The notes: generated by a model from the sequence alone, not told the origin. Shown: positions 49,901 through 62,041, counted from the first letter of the whole stretch. The stretch is DNA of 63,418 nucleotides, filler included, from Intoshia linei (GCA_001642005.1; 5 parts of 5 records of this genome joined end to end with filler, not necessarily neighbours in it), one strand, 5' to 3'. Numbers and translations are program-made.

Positions 49901-50355
49901 GGCACTCAAAAACAAGTGTGGCATCCCCTGGGGGTGCCGGTATCCAGGTTAAAAACCCATGTTTTAGAGATTATATCATTTTAAACTTCAAAGATGTTTT
50001 ACTTAACCGCCTAGCATACACCTTAAAGTACATTGTACATTTCATGGCATTTTTTTAATTAATTTTGTAATTTTTACTTGTTTTTAATTAAAAACAACAA
50101 ATTAAGCAAAATTTATTTGATTTTTTCGATTCAAAAATAATAACTTGTAAATTCATTAGAATATAAAGATATATTGTACAAATGTATAATTTAATTGTAT
50201 ATTGTAGTGCCGGATCAGACATATCTTCTCAATTGATAAATAGATCAATTCAAAAACTAAAATATTGCGAAATGATCATTACATTTTGGGATTTTGGTCT
50301 AAATACAAAAAGAGCAGCTAAATTGAGACTGGAAAGTTTCGAAAAAAATGTAGCT
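46909..50355 (+). CDS. TMC: Transmembrane channel-like (TMC) protein, TMC4-8/TMC7-like, 5' portion
   Basis: Exons 46909-47190, 47626-47707, 48984-49231, 49362-49510, 50208-50355. TMC signatures WGSSIKTIEGRFGTGVGSYFRFLKSLFFL, DFIQGTGWMEKTIVFYGSY...YNMPLAY and YCEMIITFWDF. Truncated by the spacer at 50475. Confidence 0.87.
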
Positions 50356-50474
50356 GTAAATTTATACAACATTACATTAAAATTAAAATATACATTAATA
50401 TGTTAGAATATAATAATTATTATTAATATTATTATGATTACTATGACGTGATTACTATTAATATTATTATTATA

Positions 50475-50574
50475 NNNNNNNNNNNNNNNNNNNNNNNNNN
50501 NNNNNNNNNNNNNNNNNNTTAATTAATTAANNNNNNNNNNNNNNNNNNNNNNNNNNNNNNNNNNNNNNNNNNNN
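50475..50574. other. Artificial contig/scaffold spacer
   Basis: Same 100-nt spacer. Confidence 0.97.
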
Positions 50575-50997
50575 CTTTTTAATTTTGTTAAAAAAACGAC
50601 ATTACTTATGAAACGACCTAATAGTTATCATAAATCTAATAATTAAATCAGACCATACAACTATAAATTTTTGCTTATAAATTGGGGTCGATGCTAAGTC
50701 ACATATTAAAGACAACATGGTCCAAAATACAATTTGAATAATTCAATACAGGTAACTCAACTAGTCAACTAAATAAGGGGAAAGGAGCCAATTTCACCAA
50801 AATTTCGTCAAGGCTTCGATAAATCTCGGGTAAGATAGGTTCGACTCTGTATAGATATGGAAAAATCTTTTATATATTTTGAATATAAACAAATAATGGC
50901 AGCCTGCATATTTGAATGCGACTGGAGGGTCAGAATAGTTTTTTTTGAACCCAAAAGTTGTTTACAAAGAATTTTATACTAATTATAAATATATAAC

Positions 50998-53900
50998 CAT
51001 GGTTTAAAAAGAATCCAGCTTTTTCAGATTCAATGATCCAATCGCTTGTAACTATAAAACATCCTCGAATAACACAAATCAAAAAATTTTCAGTTCTAGC
51101 ACCCTAAACAATTTTTACGATTTAAATATTAATACAATAAAGAAAGGGTTCTTAACCTTTTTTGTAATATAAATAATAATAAAATAAATTGACTCTGTTT
51201 TAATGTACAGTAATGTAATTAAATATCTTATTATAAAGTTAATTTATGATTTAATATAGTTTTTAAAATTTTTGACATCATTTGTAAAATTGACTGCAAA
51301 ATAGCCACTTTCGAAAATCGATCCATTTTTCTGAATAATGATAACTTTTAATAACAATGTAGTATAATAAATTTAAAAACACCGGCAAACATTCAGTTAA
51401 GCGACATAATCATAGATTTTGTTTTTAATTATATTAATAATTTTTTAACCCAATTTTTAAATATTTTGAAGATAATTTTTCGACAAAATTTTGTAGGGTT
51501 TTTAAGGTAATATTTTTAACATTTTCAGGTATTTCAAAATATTTTAAAAATTGGATAAAAAAAATGTTCCCTTAAAAAACCCTACCAAATCTTGAAACCA
51601 AGATTATTTTTAAAAATTTGGTGAAAAAAACTTCCCATAAAAAACCCTATCAAAATTTTGGTCTCAAAATTATCTTCAAAATATTTTAAAAATTGGATAA
51701 AAAAATGTTCCCTTCAAAATCCTTAAAAATTTTTGTCGAAAAATTATCATAAAAATATTTATGTCGTTCTATAATATATCGCATTAACAATACATCGCTC
51801 AAATGAATATCGCTTTAGATCAGGGGTGCACAACCTTTCCACCAATTCAGCCACATTTGACGTAAAATTGTACATTATTGTATAATGTATAATTGTACTT
51901 GTATATTGCATTATGATCAGAGCCATTTTAAGGCATGGGCAATATGATCTGTAGCCTAGGGCCACTCATTAAAAAAGGCCCAAATTAATAAAAGTACTTT
52001 ACATTTATATCTTAAAAAGAGGCCCCAATTTATTAAAAAATACTTCACATTTATATCTTAAGAAACAGTTTATAAGTTTTGAAGTGTGGGAATTCAAATA
52101 GCTGGAAAGAAAATATTGTAAAAGATCAAAGTTCTGGTAATTATTCAATTTAAAATATATTATACAATGTTCATCATATCATATTGACATAAAAACTGTT
52201 TCAAATGAAAAAGTAAGCTTTGAAAATAAATTTATAAAAGTTACTAGAAACCTACTATTTTGTACATAATATCTTTTAATGCTTTTATTAATACTCAATG
52301 AAATAAGACTCTAAGTCTCCAACCAACGGTATACCCTGTCTTCTAAAAAGGGACCCTACATATTTTATATCGCTTCGCTCAAAACTTTAAAGGGCATCCG
52401 CCCTTTGCTTACCCCAGATCCACGAAGTGGCTTAAGACGGCTCTAATTATGATCACATGGATTGTCCACGGCAGCATGCGGCCGTAAGTCCGTAGATTGT
52501 GCCTCCTGTTCTAGATCAGTGGTTCCCAACCTTTGTCAGGCGATAGCCAAAAAAATGTTTGCCTAAAATTCCATGGCCCAATTTAAAAAAACCTTAAAAT
52601 ATTTACTTTTATTTACAATAAAATGCTTTATTTGTTTAAATTTTAAAGTATCAAGAAAAGTGTTAAAAAATAATAATCAACAAGTAAATTTAAATGTATA
52701 CTAGTTAGTGACTGCATTGGTGTTTGTTGCACAATGAATCGTAATCAAATTCTATTAGTTTATTCAATCTTAATCGCATTATTCCTCCGTTTTTCATATC
52801 CAATTTTGACCTCTTCTTACTAAAAATATCAACCACTCCTGAAAATCCAGCTTCTACAAGCCATGTTGTAGGAAAAGCAATAATGCTTGGTTAAACATAA
52901 TCAAACACAATTGGATTTGATTCTTGAATTGCCATAAATGCAAATACACCTTCCTTTTCTATTCGTCTTACTAATTTAAAATCTTTAAAGTCCACGAGTT
53001 TTTCAGTTAATTCAGGACTGGTTTCATCATCTGGTTCAAAGTTTTAAAGATCTGTAAACCATAATTCCAAATTTATATTTCAAATTCATTATGCATTTAT
53101 AGATTTTGTTTTGGTTAGCAATTTTATGGCTTAATACACCAAATTTTTTTTAATGTTGAAAATTTTTGGTGCCTCACCAAAAATTCTCTGTGGTCCACGT
53201 TAAGAACCCCTGCTCTAGATAATTGACATCAAAAATACCTTATCAATTACTAAATAGATACAATCATTAGCTTCTTTTATAATACCACCAAGTTTTTTGA
53301 CCATCTAAAAACATTTATAAAACAACATCCGTAAAATCCGTACCGTACCAAAACACTTATTCGGAGGCCTCGACACATTTTTAGTTAACTAAGGGTTCAT
53401 TATTACAAATGGAACTTAAAAAAATTATATTTTTAAATATAAATAAAGATTTATTGTGTGAGTTAAATGTAAACTTAAAGTCCAGAATTTGTACTCCAGA
53501 CTCGTCCACAGGTGTCTAAGGGGTATATAACATTATGTCATTTACAGAAGAGTTTGTAGGGAGTTACTGTTAATTTTCATGTCTCGAGTATGGTAGGTTC
53601 GGCTCTGAACAGAATAATTCAATTTCTAAGCATTATATCAATATTATATTATTTTAAAATAATTGGTTCCATCTAGGATATTTGTGGCATACAAACAGTG
53701 ATATGTGAGTCATAATGTTATTTTTTTAATTCTGATAATAATTATTTACATAATTTTAAATTAAAATTGATAATACAGAGAACTATAAAATTAATTATGA
53801 AATTACAATCCCTATTATTGTTATTAGATAATTTTATTTTAATATTAAAAAAATTCTGCCCTAGGAACAAAAATTTTTCATTTTCATTTATAAAAATTGA

Positions 53901-56900
53901 AACCAGGTTTTCCTACACATTTGTTAGTTTATCTGTATAAATATAATAAAAAGCAACTCAATTTCATAATTTTTTTTAAAAACCGCAAATTATTGCAAGG
54001 TCGGCGTAGTAACGGTAAATACCTCAATGGTATAACATTACCTCATGAAATTTGTAATTGTTGAATCCAGAAAATGAAATTGAATATTCATTACCAAATG
54101 GTTCACGTAAATTTTTGACACAATTCAATTCTTTAATGTGAATCAATGATAAATTAACATTATCAATCAGATTTAAATTTTGGGATTTGAAATCCTGTCG
54201 ACACTTTCGTTTTTTCAAAATATTGGAATTAATTTTAGTGTATTGAGACTTATTTTTTTGAATAATATTTTCCTCGACTTTAATTTTTTTATCAACTGGT
54301 TCAAATTTGAATTCATTAATAAATTTTCGTTTAACGGTGCCTTCAACCCACTTGTCTACAGATTTTTGAAAATAATATTCTTTTTTAGCTATTTTACGTC
54401 TTTCAGTATAACTCATTTTGGAAATACATGTACTGTCAAATTTTACATCTTTTTCAAAAATTTTAATCATATTCAATTTAACCGGTTCACTTTCAATTGA
54501 TTTTATATTTTCACAATTCAAATTAGTATTTACAGGTTCAGTAGTATTTAAATTCATATTTTCATGTTTATTATGAACCAGGGCAAGTTCTTGTCGTGAT
54601 AGTAAACTATCGATAAACTCACCATATCTAACACCAGTATCGAATGATTCATCATCTGGTACAGAATTGTCAATTCGAAATTGAGCAAACGAATAAATAT
54701 CTTCAGTTTGATACATTGATTGGGCGGTAGACTCGTTTTGTTTCTTTGGTTCTTCAACTGATTCACTTATAATTGATGAGTTTGATACTCTACAATCATT
54801 TTTAACACTTTCATTCTCAATATATTTGTCAATATTTTGACTGTCTTTCTTTTTGCGTTCAATTTCATTTTCTTTTTCACAATCATTACTATAAATATCT
54901 GAAACATCAAAACACTGACTTTTAACACTTTTAAAATTTAATTCGTCTTTATTTGTTTTAATGAAATGCAATTTTTTCAAATTATTACAATGTTTTTGAT
55001 TACTATTAGTTTTTGTATCATCTATTTTTTCAAATTTATCTTTACGTGTACCAAAATTTGAATTACTATCAGTTTCGAATAGTTGAGCAAACAGTTCATA
55101 ATTTCTCATATTTTTCAATGGCAAATGGTCACTAAATGATTTCATTTCTGAACTCATATAATCGTTTTGAGAGGATAAGATTATCCCATCATCACTATTT
55201 TCAGAATCATTAACTGTGTCAACAGAACACAATTCTTTATTACATTTTACAGTAATATCCATATCACCACATTTAATGGAATCTAAAAGTTTTTAATTTC
55301 AAATATTTTAAATATAGAGCAAAAGGGGTTTATAAAATTATACATTCGTGAGTGAAAAATTACAAAAATTATGCAAAATGCCATTAGGGTCTAAAAGTTA
55401 CAATGCAAGTTGTCAAACAAAGTCGGCTTAAATTATTTTAAAATTCAACAGACTACCTTAGGCAAAGCTAGATGTTGTTTGTAGCAAGTACATAAAAGTC
55501 AAGTTAGTTATGAAATACATTGAAAATAAAAATGAAAAATAGTTATTAACTCGTCGATCAAAAAAAATGGGTTACTCCCCAAAATAGTTATGAAATACTG
55601 ATTTAAATATTTAACTCTAACCACAATTAAATATTTCATAAATAAATAAAAATAAACCGGATTTATTGAAAGGTAATTTCTTTTTTACAAATGTATTATT
55701 CTAAAAATTTATAAATATAATTATACAAATTTATTTATTAAACACTAAAAACAAAACGCGTGTTTGCAGGTTAAAAACACTAGTTTTTTAGTAAAAATTA
55801 TACTAGAAATAGATGTATTTAAAACTCTACGTCTACTTCTTTTATATAAAATTGAATGTCTGTGTTACCGTTTATTTTAACAACTAATAGGCCATGAATT
55901 TTAACACACACAAATTAGAATTAATTTTTTCCGGCGGAGAAAGTAAGATAAATGTCAATCTCAGAAACTTACATATTTCCGTTCAAAACCAACATTAGCC
56001 AATTATTTAAGAATGAAATAAATCATATAATTTTATAAAATATAAATTAGGTGATATTTTTAAAATTTTAAGCATTATCATCAATCGCAATCTCAAAAAA
56101 GTGCATTTTCACGATCAAAACCATATATTATTTTTTTTAAATAATGAAAATAGTCCTAAAATTATAAAAAAAATTACAATTGATACAGCTATATCCAGTT
56201 AACACACACCAAAATTTTCAATCTGACAAAGTGACGCCTTCAGAGTTAAAAAACCACTTTACTATTCATTTTTTTTATTGTGAAACTATTTTATTAAAAC
56301 CAAAAATTTGAAATAATTAATGGTCCTAAAATTTAAAAAAAGATTGTTCTGATACAGCTTATTCCAGTTGATATAGATTTAAAATTTCAACCTCAAAAAT
56401 CTACGCTTCCTGTGAAAAATAACTTTTAATATATTATCAACCAAAATTTTTAAATTTTTGAATTAATATTTAAATATTCATCCTACAATTTCAAAAACAG
56501 TGAGATTTGACTGTATACATATTTGAAATACAGAAATATGGGTTTCAATCTCATAAATCGATTCATTCTGTTTTTATCATTGCTACGCAGTTCGCACTTT
56601 TCAAACTATCAAAGATTATTAGAATCAACTTAAATATAACCTTGTTAGTACAATTTTGAGATTCATTTGAATGTTGGTAACATTTCTTCGTCAAAATCAT
56701 TTGGACCAATTGCATGATGAAAGAAAAATGTATGTACTACAGAGTCTGTAGTACACACTGTAGTCTACAGCAGTGATTCCCACATAGAGCCTTCAGAGTC
56801 TGAGAGGGCAGATTTAAGAAAAATTTTAAAATTACATTAGAATTTTTAACATTACTATGATTTAGTATTTGATATTTAATTAATATATTCTTGANTAAGA

Positions 56901-58034
56901 AAAATTTTAAAATTACATTAGAATTTTTAACATTACTATGATTTAGTATTTGATATTTAATTAATATATATAATTGAAATTCGGATTAATTTTGGATTAT
57001 AACAAATTTAACTGTTATTAACACTTACGAGACAATAACACGTATAAATTTACAATTTTTTGTATACTAGGGTCTCAACTATATTAAAGAATTATTTATA
57101 ATAATTATAATTATAACCAAAATAAAACCAGTAATATTAAAAGATAACATTTTTTAATGGCTTTTATAATAATATAATAAACATATTTACTATTTTTTCT
57201 AAATGATCTTTTTTAAAAATATTTTTATACTGTTAGGGGGGTCGACAATATATTTTTTTGAGAATCACTGGTCTACACTGTATAAATATATATTCTCACT
57301 AGACTCTAGTGACTAGAGTTTTACAGCAGTGCTTCTCATGGGGGTAACTGTGCACCCCCAAGGGGTGAATATTAAAATTTTAGATGATTGGGGTAAATGA
57401 TAAATTTTTAACATATTTTATTCAATTTAGTCAAATATCAATTTGGAAAAATGAGCCCCGTTTTACAAAAATTTCGTCGAGCCCCTATTCGAGAAGCCTC
57501 AGGTTACAGTAGGTTTGGAACTGGTCAAGCTAGTAAAAGAACATTAAATTATTGAATTAATTAATCAAGTATAAATACCATTTCATTATCAACATAAATA
57601 TTTTTAAAAGATTCAAAATATTTTTCCAAAACAAGAGAAAATTTGCAATTTGTAATTCCAAATGTCAAATTCACATCATTATTTAGTTTATATGAATAAT
57701 TGGGTTTTAATTTTTTCTAAATTAAACATTGTAATAAGATTTACAAACGAAGATTGCCTTCTAAAAATTATTTTTGAAATTACCCCATTTATCAGTGTAA
57801 AATTCTTGGAACCTAAATCGTAAAGGTAATAATCTTCATCATATTCAATTTTAGCGTGCAATCGGGAAATTTCCTAATTAAAAAAGTGTGTAAAAATTAA
57901 CTTTTACTATATTTATACTAAATGTAAACCTTTTTTATTAATTTGATCTTACACTCTTCAGATCTACCAATTTGATTGATACCTATTTCAATTTTCCAAA
58001 TTTTTCCATCATCAATACATTTTAGAATCGCGTA
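50998..58034 (-). CDS. MDC1: MDC1-like DNA-damage mediator (N-terminal FHA, disordered middle, C-terminal BRCT); both ends incomplete
   Basis: Exons 58034-57930, 57873-57784, 57716-57579, 55700-55658, 55282-54042, 53304-53239, 51103-50998. FHA: NQIGRSEECKI...EISRLHAKIEY...YLYDLGSKNFTLING. BRCT1: ISFSGF...VKKLGGII...YLVIDKGARTENFLICVIRGCFIVTSDWIIESEKAGFFL, closely resembling the MDC1 BRCT. The start exon was not located and the second BRCT lies beyond the spacer. Confidence 0.75.
51440..51760. repeat. ~70-bp minisatellite, about three direct units plus one inverted unit
   Basis: AAAATTGG(A/T)...AAAA..TTCCC.TAAAAAACCCTA.CAAAT units at 51535-51760, with a reverse-complement unit at ~51448-51505. 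Confidence 0.6.
51821..52508. mobile_element. hAT MITE carrying a nested MITE
   Basis: CAGGGGTGCACAACC ... GATTGTGCCTCCTG, flanked by CTTTAGAT / TTCTAGAT. Confidence 0.75.
51918..52445. mobile_element. Nested hAT MITE with perfect 8-bp TSD
   Basis: ATTATGAT|CAGAGCCATTTTAAGGC ... GGCTTAAGACGGCTCTA|ATTATGAT. Confidence 0.85.
52517..53212 (-). mobile_element. Buster/hAT deletion derivative
   Basis: CAGTGGTTCCCAAC ... GTTAAGAACCCCTG, TSD TTCTAGAT / CTCTAGAT. The interior minus strand reads IIAFPTTWLVEAGFSGVVDIFSKKRSKLD (hAT dimerisation domain). Confidence 0.85.
55832..56600 (+). mobile_element. Diverged Helitron-family 5' portion
   Basis: TATATAAAATTGAATGTCTGTGTTACCG start plus degenerate shared interior. 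Confidence 0.6.
56771..57270. mobile_element. hAT MITE
   Basis: CAGTGATTCCCA / TGAGAATCACTG TIRs, TSD GTCTACAG / GTCTACAC. Confidence 0.8.
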
Positions 58035-58554
58035 CTAAATAGTTTTTATATAATTATAACATTTATAAATAGTACATTTGTACAGATTTTTAATAAATTA
58101 TACAAAAAATATTAAGTTATTACTGTAAACCGTTTATCATAAACTAAAATACCAGAAACGTGCATCGTCCTAGTCAAAAACGCATATTATCATTTTATCA
58201 ACCAGTATTTTCCAATAAAATCTAATGGACGAAAAATTAGTATTAGAAATTTTTTTTTAAAACTCTACACCTCCTATTTTCCTAAATAAACTGGAGCAAA
58301 TAAATAATTACAGACATACATTTTTAGCTAAATAATTTTATATAAGTAAAGATTTTTGTAGAATACCAATGGCAGGCTTTATGCCGGAAATTCAAAAACT
58401 TACATTTCAATTTATCAAATATTTTAACACTATGTGTGTGATAACATTTGAAATTTGTTAGTACATTTGTATTTCTATATTTTTCAACTACTGCATATGT
58501 GTGAAAAATAATATGCCGTTATTAATTTTTGTAAAAAACGAACAGCTCTAACTG

Positions 58555-58911
58555 TCACATTACTAATGTGATATGATGGTTCCACCTGAAATAAATTTGG
58601 GAACCACTCCTTTAAAGGATTGATAATAGTGAATAGTAGGATTTTTAAGTTAGATTTTCAACGTGAATTTATTTTTTAAGTATAATAAAAATGTGCTCTC
58701 GGCAGAGCTAGGTCCTGTTTGTACGTAGTATGTAAATTTATTTTTTGGTAGTATAAAAATGTTCCCTCGGTAGAACTAGGCTACGGGGATTGATAATAGT
58801 GAATAGTAGAATTTTTAAGTTAGATTTTCAACGTGAATTTTTTGATATAATAAAAATTGCCTTCAGCAGATCTAGGTCCTGTTTGTACGTAGTACATAAC
58901 AGTCAACCTAG
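58555..58911 (+). mobile_element. Helitron 3' end in about three tandem copies
   Basis: The (C/T)CTCGGCAGAGCTAGG-like motif occurs at ~58696, ~58764 and ~58860. The final copy has the hairpin and CTAG|T at 58911. Confidence 0.75.
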
Positions 58912-59483
58912 TTATATAATACGCAGTGTTAAAATAAAATGGAAACCTTTTTTTTAAATGTATTGACCATACGTGCAATATTTAGTACAAGGATTTATTA
59001 ATCAAATTTTATGAATCTTAAATTTAATATGATTTTGTGCATACTTGGTTCTTGGTCTAGTCAACTGTTCAATTTTTCTATAAATGAATTATTTTTTGCA
59101 AATGATACGTTAATAATATTTTATTACCGTGAATTACTGTATAGTGTAAAATTCAAAAATAACGTACAAAAAAGTATAAACAAATAAATAATTTAAACAG
59201 AACTATAAGGAATTTAAATTCAATTTAAATTTTATGTAATTCAGTCACCATGATAGTAATTATTAAAATGTTGAATAAGCGCCATACAGTAATTTATGAT
59301 GGTATTCGAAATATGTAATTTTAATTGTCATTGGTGCTAAAAATTAATACTACCCCAGAAAGAGCCTATATATTCAATATTTATATTCAACTCTTTGGAA
59401 GCTTTATTTTTTTAAATTTTTAAAAGATAAAAATAACGTAATCTGCACCATTTGATATTTTCCGGCACTACCGCCCCTTTAAG

Positions 59484-59794
59484 ACAGTGGTTCTTAACCG
59501 GGGGTGCATAATCAATTTTTAGGGTGCACAAAGCTATTTTCAATTTTTTTTTAATTACATTAATAAAATAATTAGTTAAAAATTAATTATTAATTAATAA
59601 TTAATTATTTTTATTATCAACAAATAGATTAGATATAAAACATAATTTCATCTTGTTAATACTTATTAAGGCTCAAAAAATAGACGAATTAAGTACTAGC
59701 GGAAAACTTTAATAATAACAATTAACAATTGATTAACAGCTAATAATTAACGCTCATTGAATTTATTCACAATCATTTAATAATCAAATTAATT
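59484..59794 (+). mobile_element. Buster/hAT 5' end
   Basis: CAGTGGTTCTTAACCGGGGGTGCA TIR. The sequence is the reverse complement of ~20230-20501. Confidence 0.7.
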
Positions 59795-59894
59795 NNNNNN
59801 NNNNNNNNNNNNNNNNNNNNNNNNNNNNNNNNNNNNNNTTAATTAATTAANNNNNNNNNNNNNNNNNNNNNNNNNNNNNNNNNNNNNNNNNNNN
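59795..59894. other. Artificial contig/scaffold spacer
   Basis: Same 100-nt spacer. Confidence 0.97.
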
Positions 59895-60420
59895 AAAGTT
59901 TTCTCTCCAGGTTGATGAAACCACAATTCATAATCAAGCTCTTTTACTTGCATATGTCTGATTTATATATCAAAATGACATAAGAGAAGAAATGTTGTTT
60001 CTTAGAAGTTTGCCAGAAAAAACTTGTGGAGAGGATATTTTCTATAAAGTAAAGAATTATTTGGATAACAAAAACATTCCTTTGACTAATTTAATACAAA
60101 TTGCCTCTGATGGTACTGCTGCCATGACTGGAAGAGTAAAAGGATTTTTATCAAGTATAAAAACAGTTGCTCCTCACATATCTAATGTCCACTGCATTAT
60201 TCACCGGCAACATTTGGCTGCAAAAAATATTGGAGGGGATATGGAAGAAGCCTTAAATGCTGCTATACATGCTATAAATTTTGTTAAAGCAAACTTACTC
60301 AATAACAGAATATTCGTACAATTTTGTGTAGATGAGGATTTTAAAACTCTGGTGCTACATACTGAAGTCAGATGGCTGTCAAAAGGCAATATCCTTGAAA
60401 GACTTGTGGGAGCCTCTGAT
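59895..60420 (+). pseudogene. Buster-type hAT transposase fragment
   Basis: FSLQVDETT...LLLAYV*F, IASDGTAAMTG, VHCIIHRQHLAAK and LVLHTEVRWLSKG. Contains an in-frame stop and is truncated. Confidence 0.9.
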
Positions 60421-60508
60421 AAATTTATATATAGTTATAAAGTTATACAAATAACCCATTATGTACAAAATTTAATTATATAAATTTCTAATATTTATTA
60501 TTTTGACC

Positions 60509-60875
60509 TATTGCAAATATATCGGATTCCATCTTGTTTAATTCTTCTTCACATCTTTTTGTTTTAACCTGATAGGTATTGGCTGCATTTGGGTCAATAA
60601 ATGAAAAAATATCTGAAATTTTACAAGTTGAATTTTTGCTTTTAACTTTAGTTAAATCATCCAACATGTTATCCAAATCATTCATCATTGTCTTAATTCC
60701 GCCATTTTTAACTTGCTTTTGATTATTTTTAATATCCAGTTTCACCAAGCTCTCATCAGAATCAAGACATTTTTTATTTGTATCAATTTTAAATTTTTTA
60801 GACTCAGGTGGATTATTACAGTCATTTTGCAAATTGTAGTTATCAATTATTGAGTTTTTTAGTTTTGAAGAGTTT
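60509..60875 (-). CDS. Isolated internal exon of an unidentified gene
   Basis: Open frame of about 120 codons (NDCNNPPESKKFKIDT...CEEELNKMESDIFAI) between a TTTAG acceptor (60876) and a GT donor. The composition is protein-like but no domain is recognisable. Confidence 0.45.
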
Positions 60876-60918
60876 CTAAATACAACAATAGGTATATTAA
60901 AAATAGAAAATATTCAAA

Positions 60919-61235
60919 GTGTTAACAGTATACAACTGTACCACCTGTAAATTTTTTTAAATTCTAGGGCTGTTTTTATTAAAAAAAAGAGTAATTTGCG
61001 GTTTTGGCCCTAAAGATATAATTTTTTTAAATTTTCCAACTTGTCTGATTTTCAAAAATAAGGACAATTGGGGTTTTTGACCCGTAAGATGTGAGTTTGG
61101 GAGGTTAAAATTCATCTTATTATATATCCCGGGAAAAACTAATTGAAATGTGAAAATTGAAATTCTAAGACTGGTAGTTATTTCAATAAAGTGGAACACA
61201 TACAAATATTGCGTAGCACATTATATAAGTAAGGA
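60919..61235 (-). mobile_element. Helitron family 5' fragment
   Basis: Shared interior and the TAAGTAAGGA terminus. Confidence 0.72.
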
Positions 61236-61243
61236 TTTATTTA

Positions 61244-62041
61244 CACTAAGTTCCAAATTATTAGGTAAGTGTTGAAATGTGACATTTCACTGCCTTAAAG
61301 CTGTTAAAATTTAAAAAAATTTTTTACGTTAACTCGTAGACCTTGTGAAAGAACATCTTCGAAATTTCAGAAAAATAGTAAAATTATTTGACGAGTTTTT
61401 AAAATATATTGGTTTTTGACCGTTTCGAATTATTAGGTAAGTTATACAATTAATCACTTTAACTTATTAATTGTTCCTACAAAACATAAATATGTATTAC
61501 AAAATAACATTTAATGTTAAATAATTAAATTAAATCAAACTAATTAAACAAACAACACTATAAAAAACATAATATATTAATTAGTAATTGATATAGTCAC
61601 CTTGGTTTTCTATGGTCTTCAGAAGTCTATTGTCCATCGATCCGGTCAACATTTTTATTTGTACTGGGGTAATAGACTTTGCAGCATCTACAATTGCACA
61701 CCACAAGTCATTTGCGCTGGAATACTGAGTGTTGTTTAATATACTACTCTTTTTATGATTGACCACATATTTTCAATGCAGTTGAGATCAGGAGACAAAG
61801 CCGGCCAAACCATTAATTTTTCGTTTTTATAATGATTTCATGTTAGAAAAGATTTGGTATCATTAGCTGAGTGACATGGTGCATTGTCTTGCATAAAAAC
61901 TAGACCCCTTTTGAACTTTTGTGTCTGTCGAGAATACCATGGAAAGAAATTGTCCTTTAAAAACTGGATATACGTGAACCTATCGAATCTAGCCCCTGCA
62001 GTGTGTCTAAATGGTCCAACAAGCTTATCACCTACAATTGC
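61244..62041 (-). mobile_element. Tc1-superfamily DD37E (TRT-like) relic with 3' TIR
   Basis: TA|CACTAAGTTCCAAATTATTAGGTAAG terminus, with an inner repeat at ~61425-61441. The minus strand reads FMQDNAPCHSANDTKSFLT*NHYKNEKLMVWPALSPDLNCIENMW (37 residues between D and E) and LTGSMDNRLLKTIENQGDYI. Confidence 0.8.

Noticed and set aside
53330-53420. BRCT-like duplicate pseudo-exon (SICNNEPLVN*KCVEASE*)
   Set aside because: The resemblance is weak, it has two stops, and it cannot be distinguished from chance.
56812-56970. Exact ~75-bp tandem duplication
   Set aside because: The two copies are separated by a single N, typical of an unmerged contig overlap.
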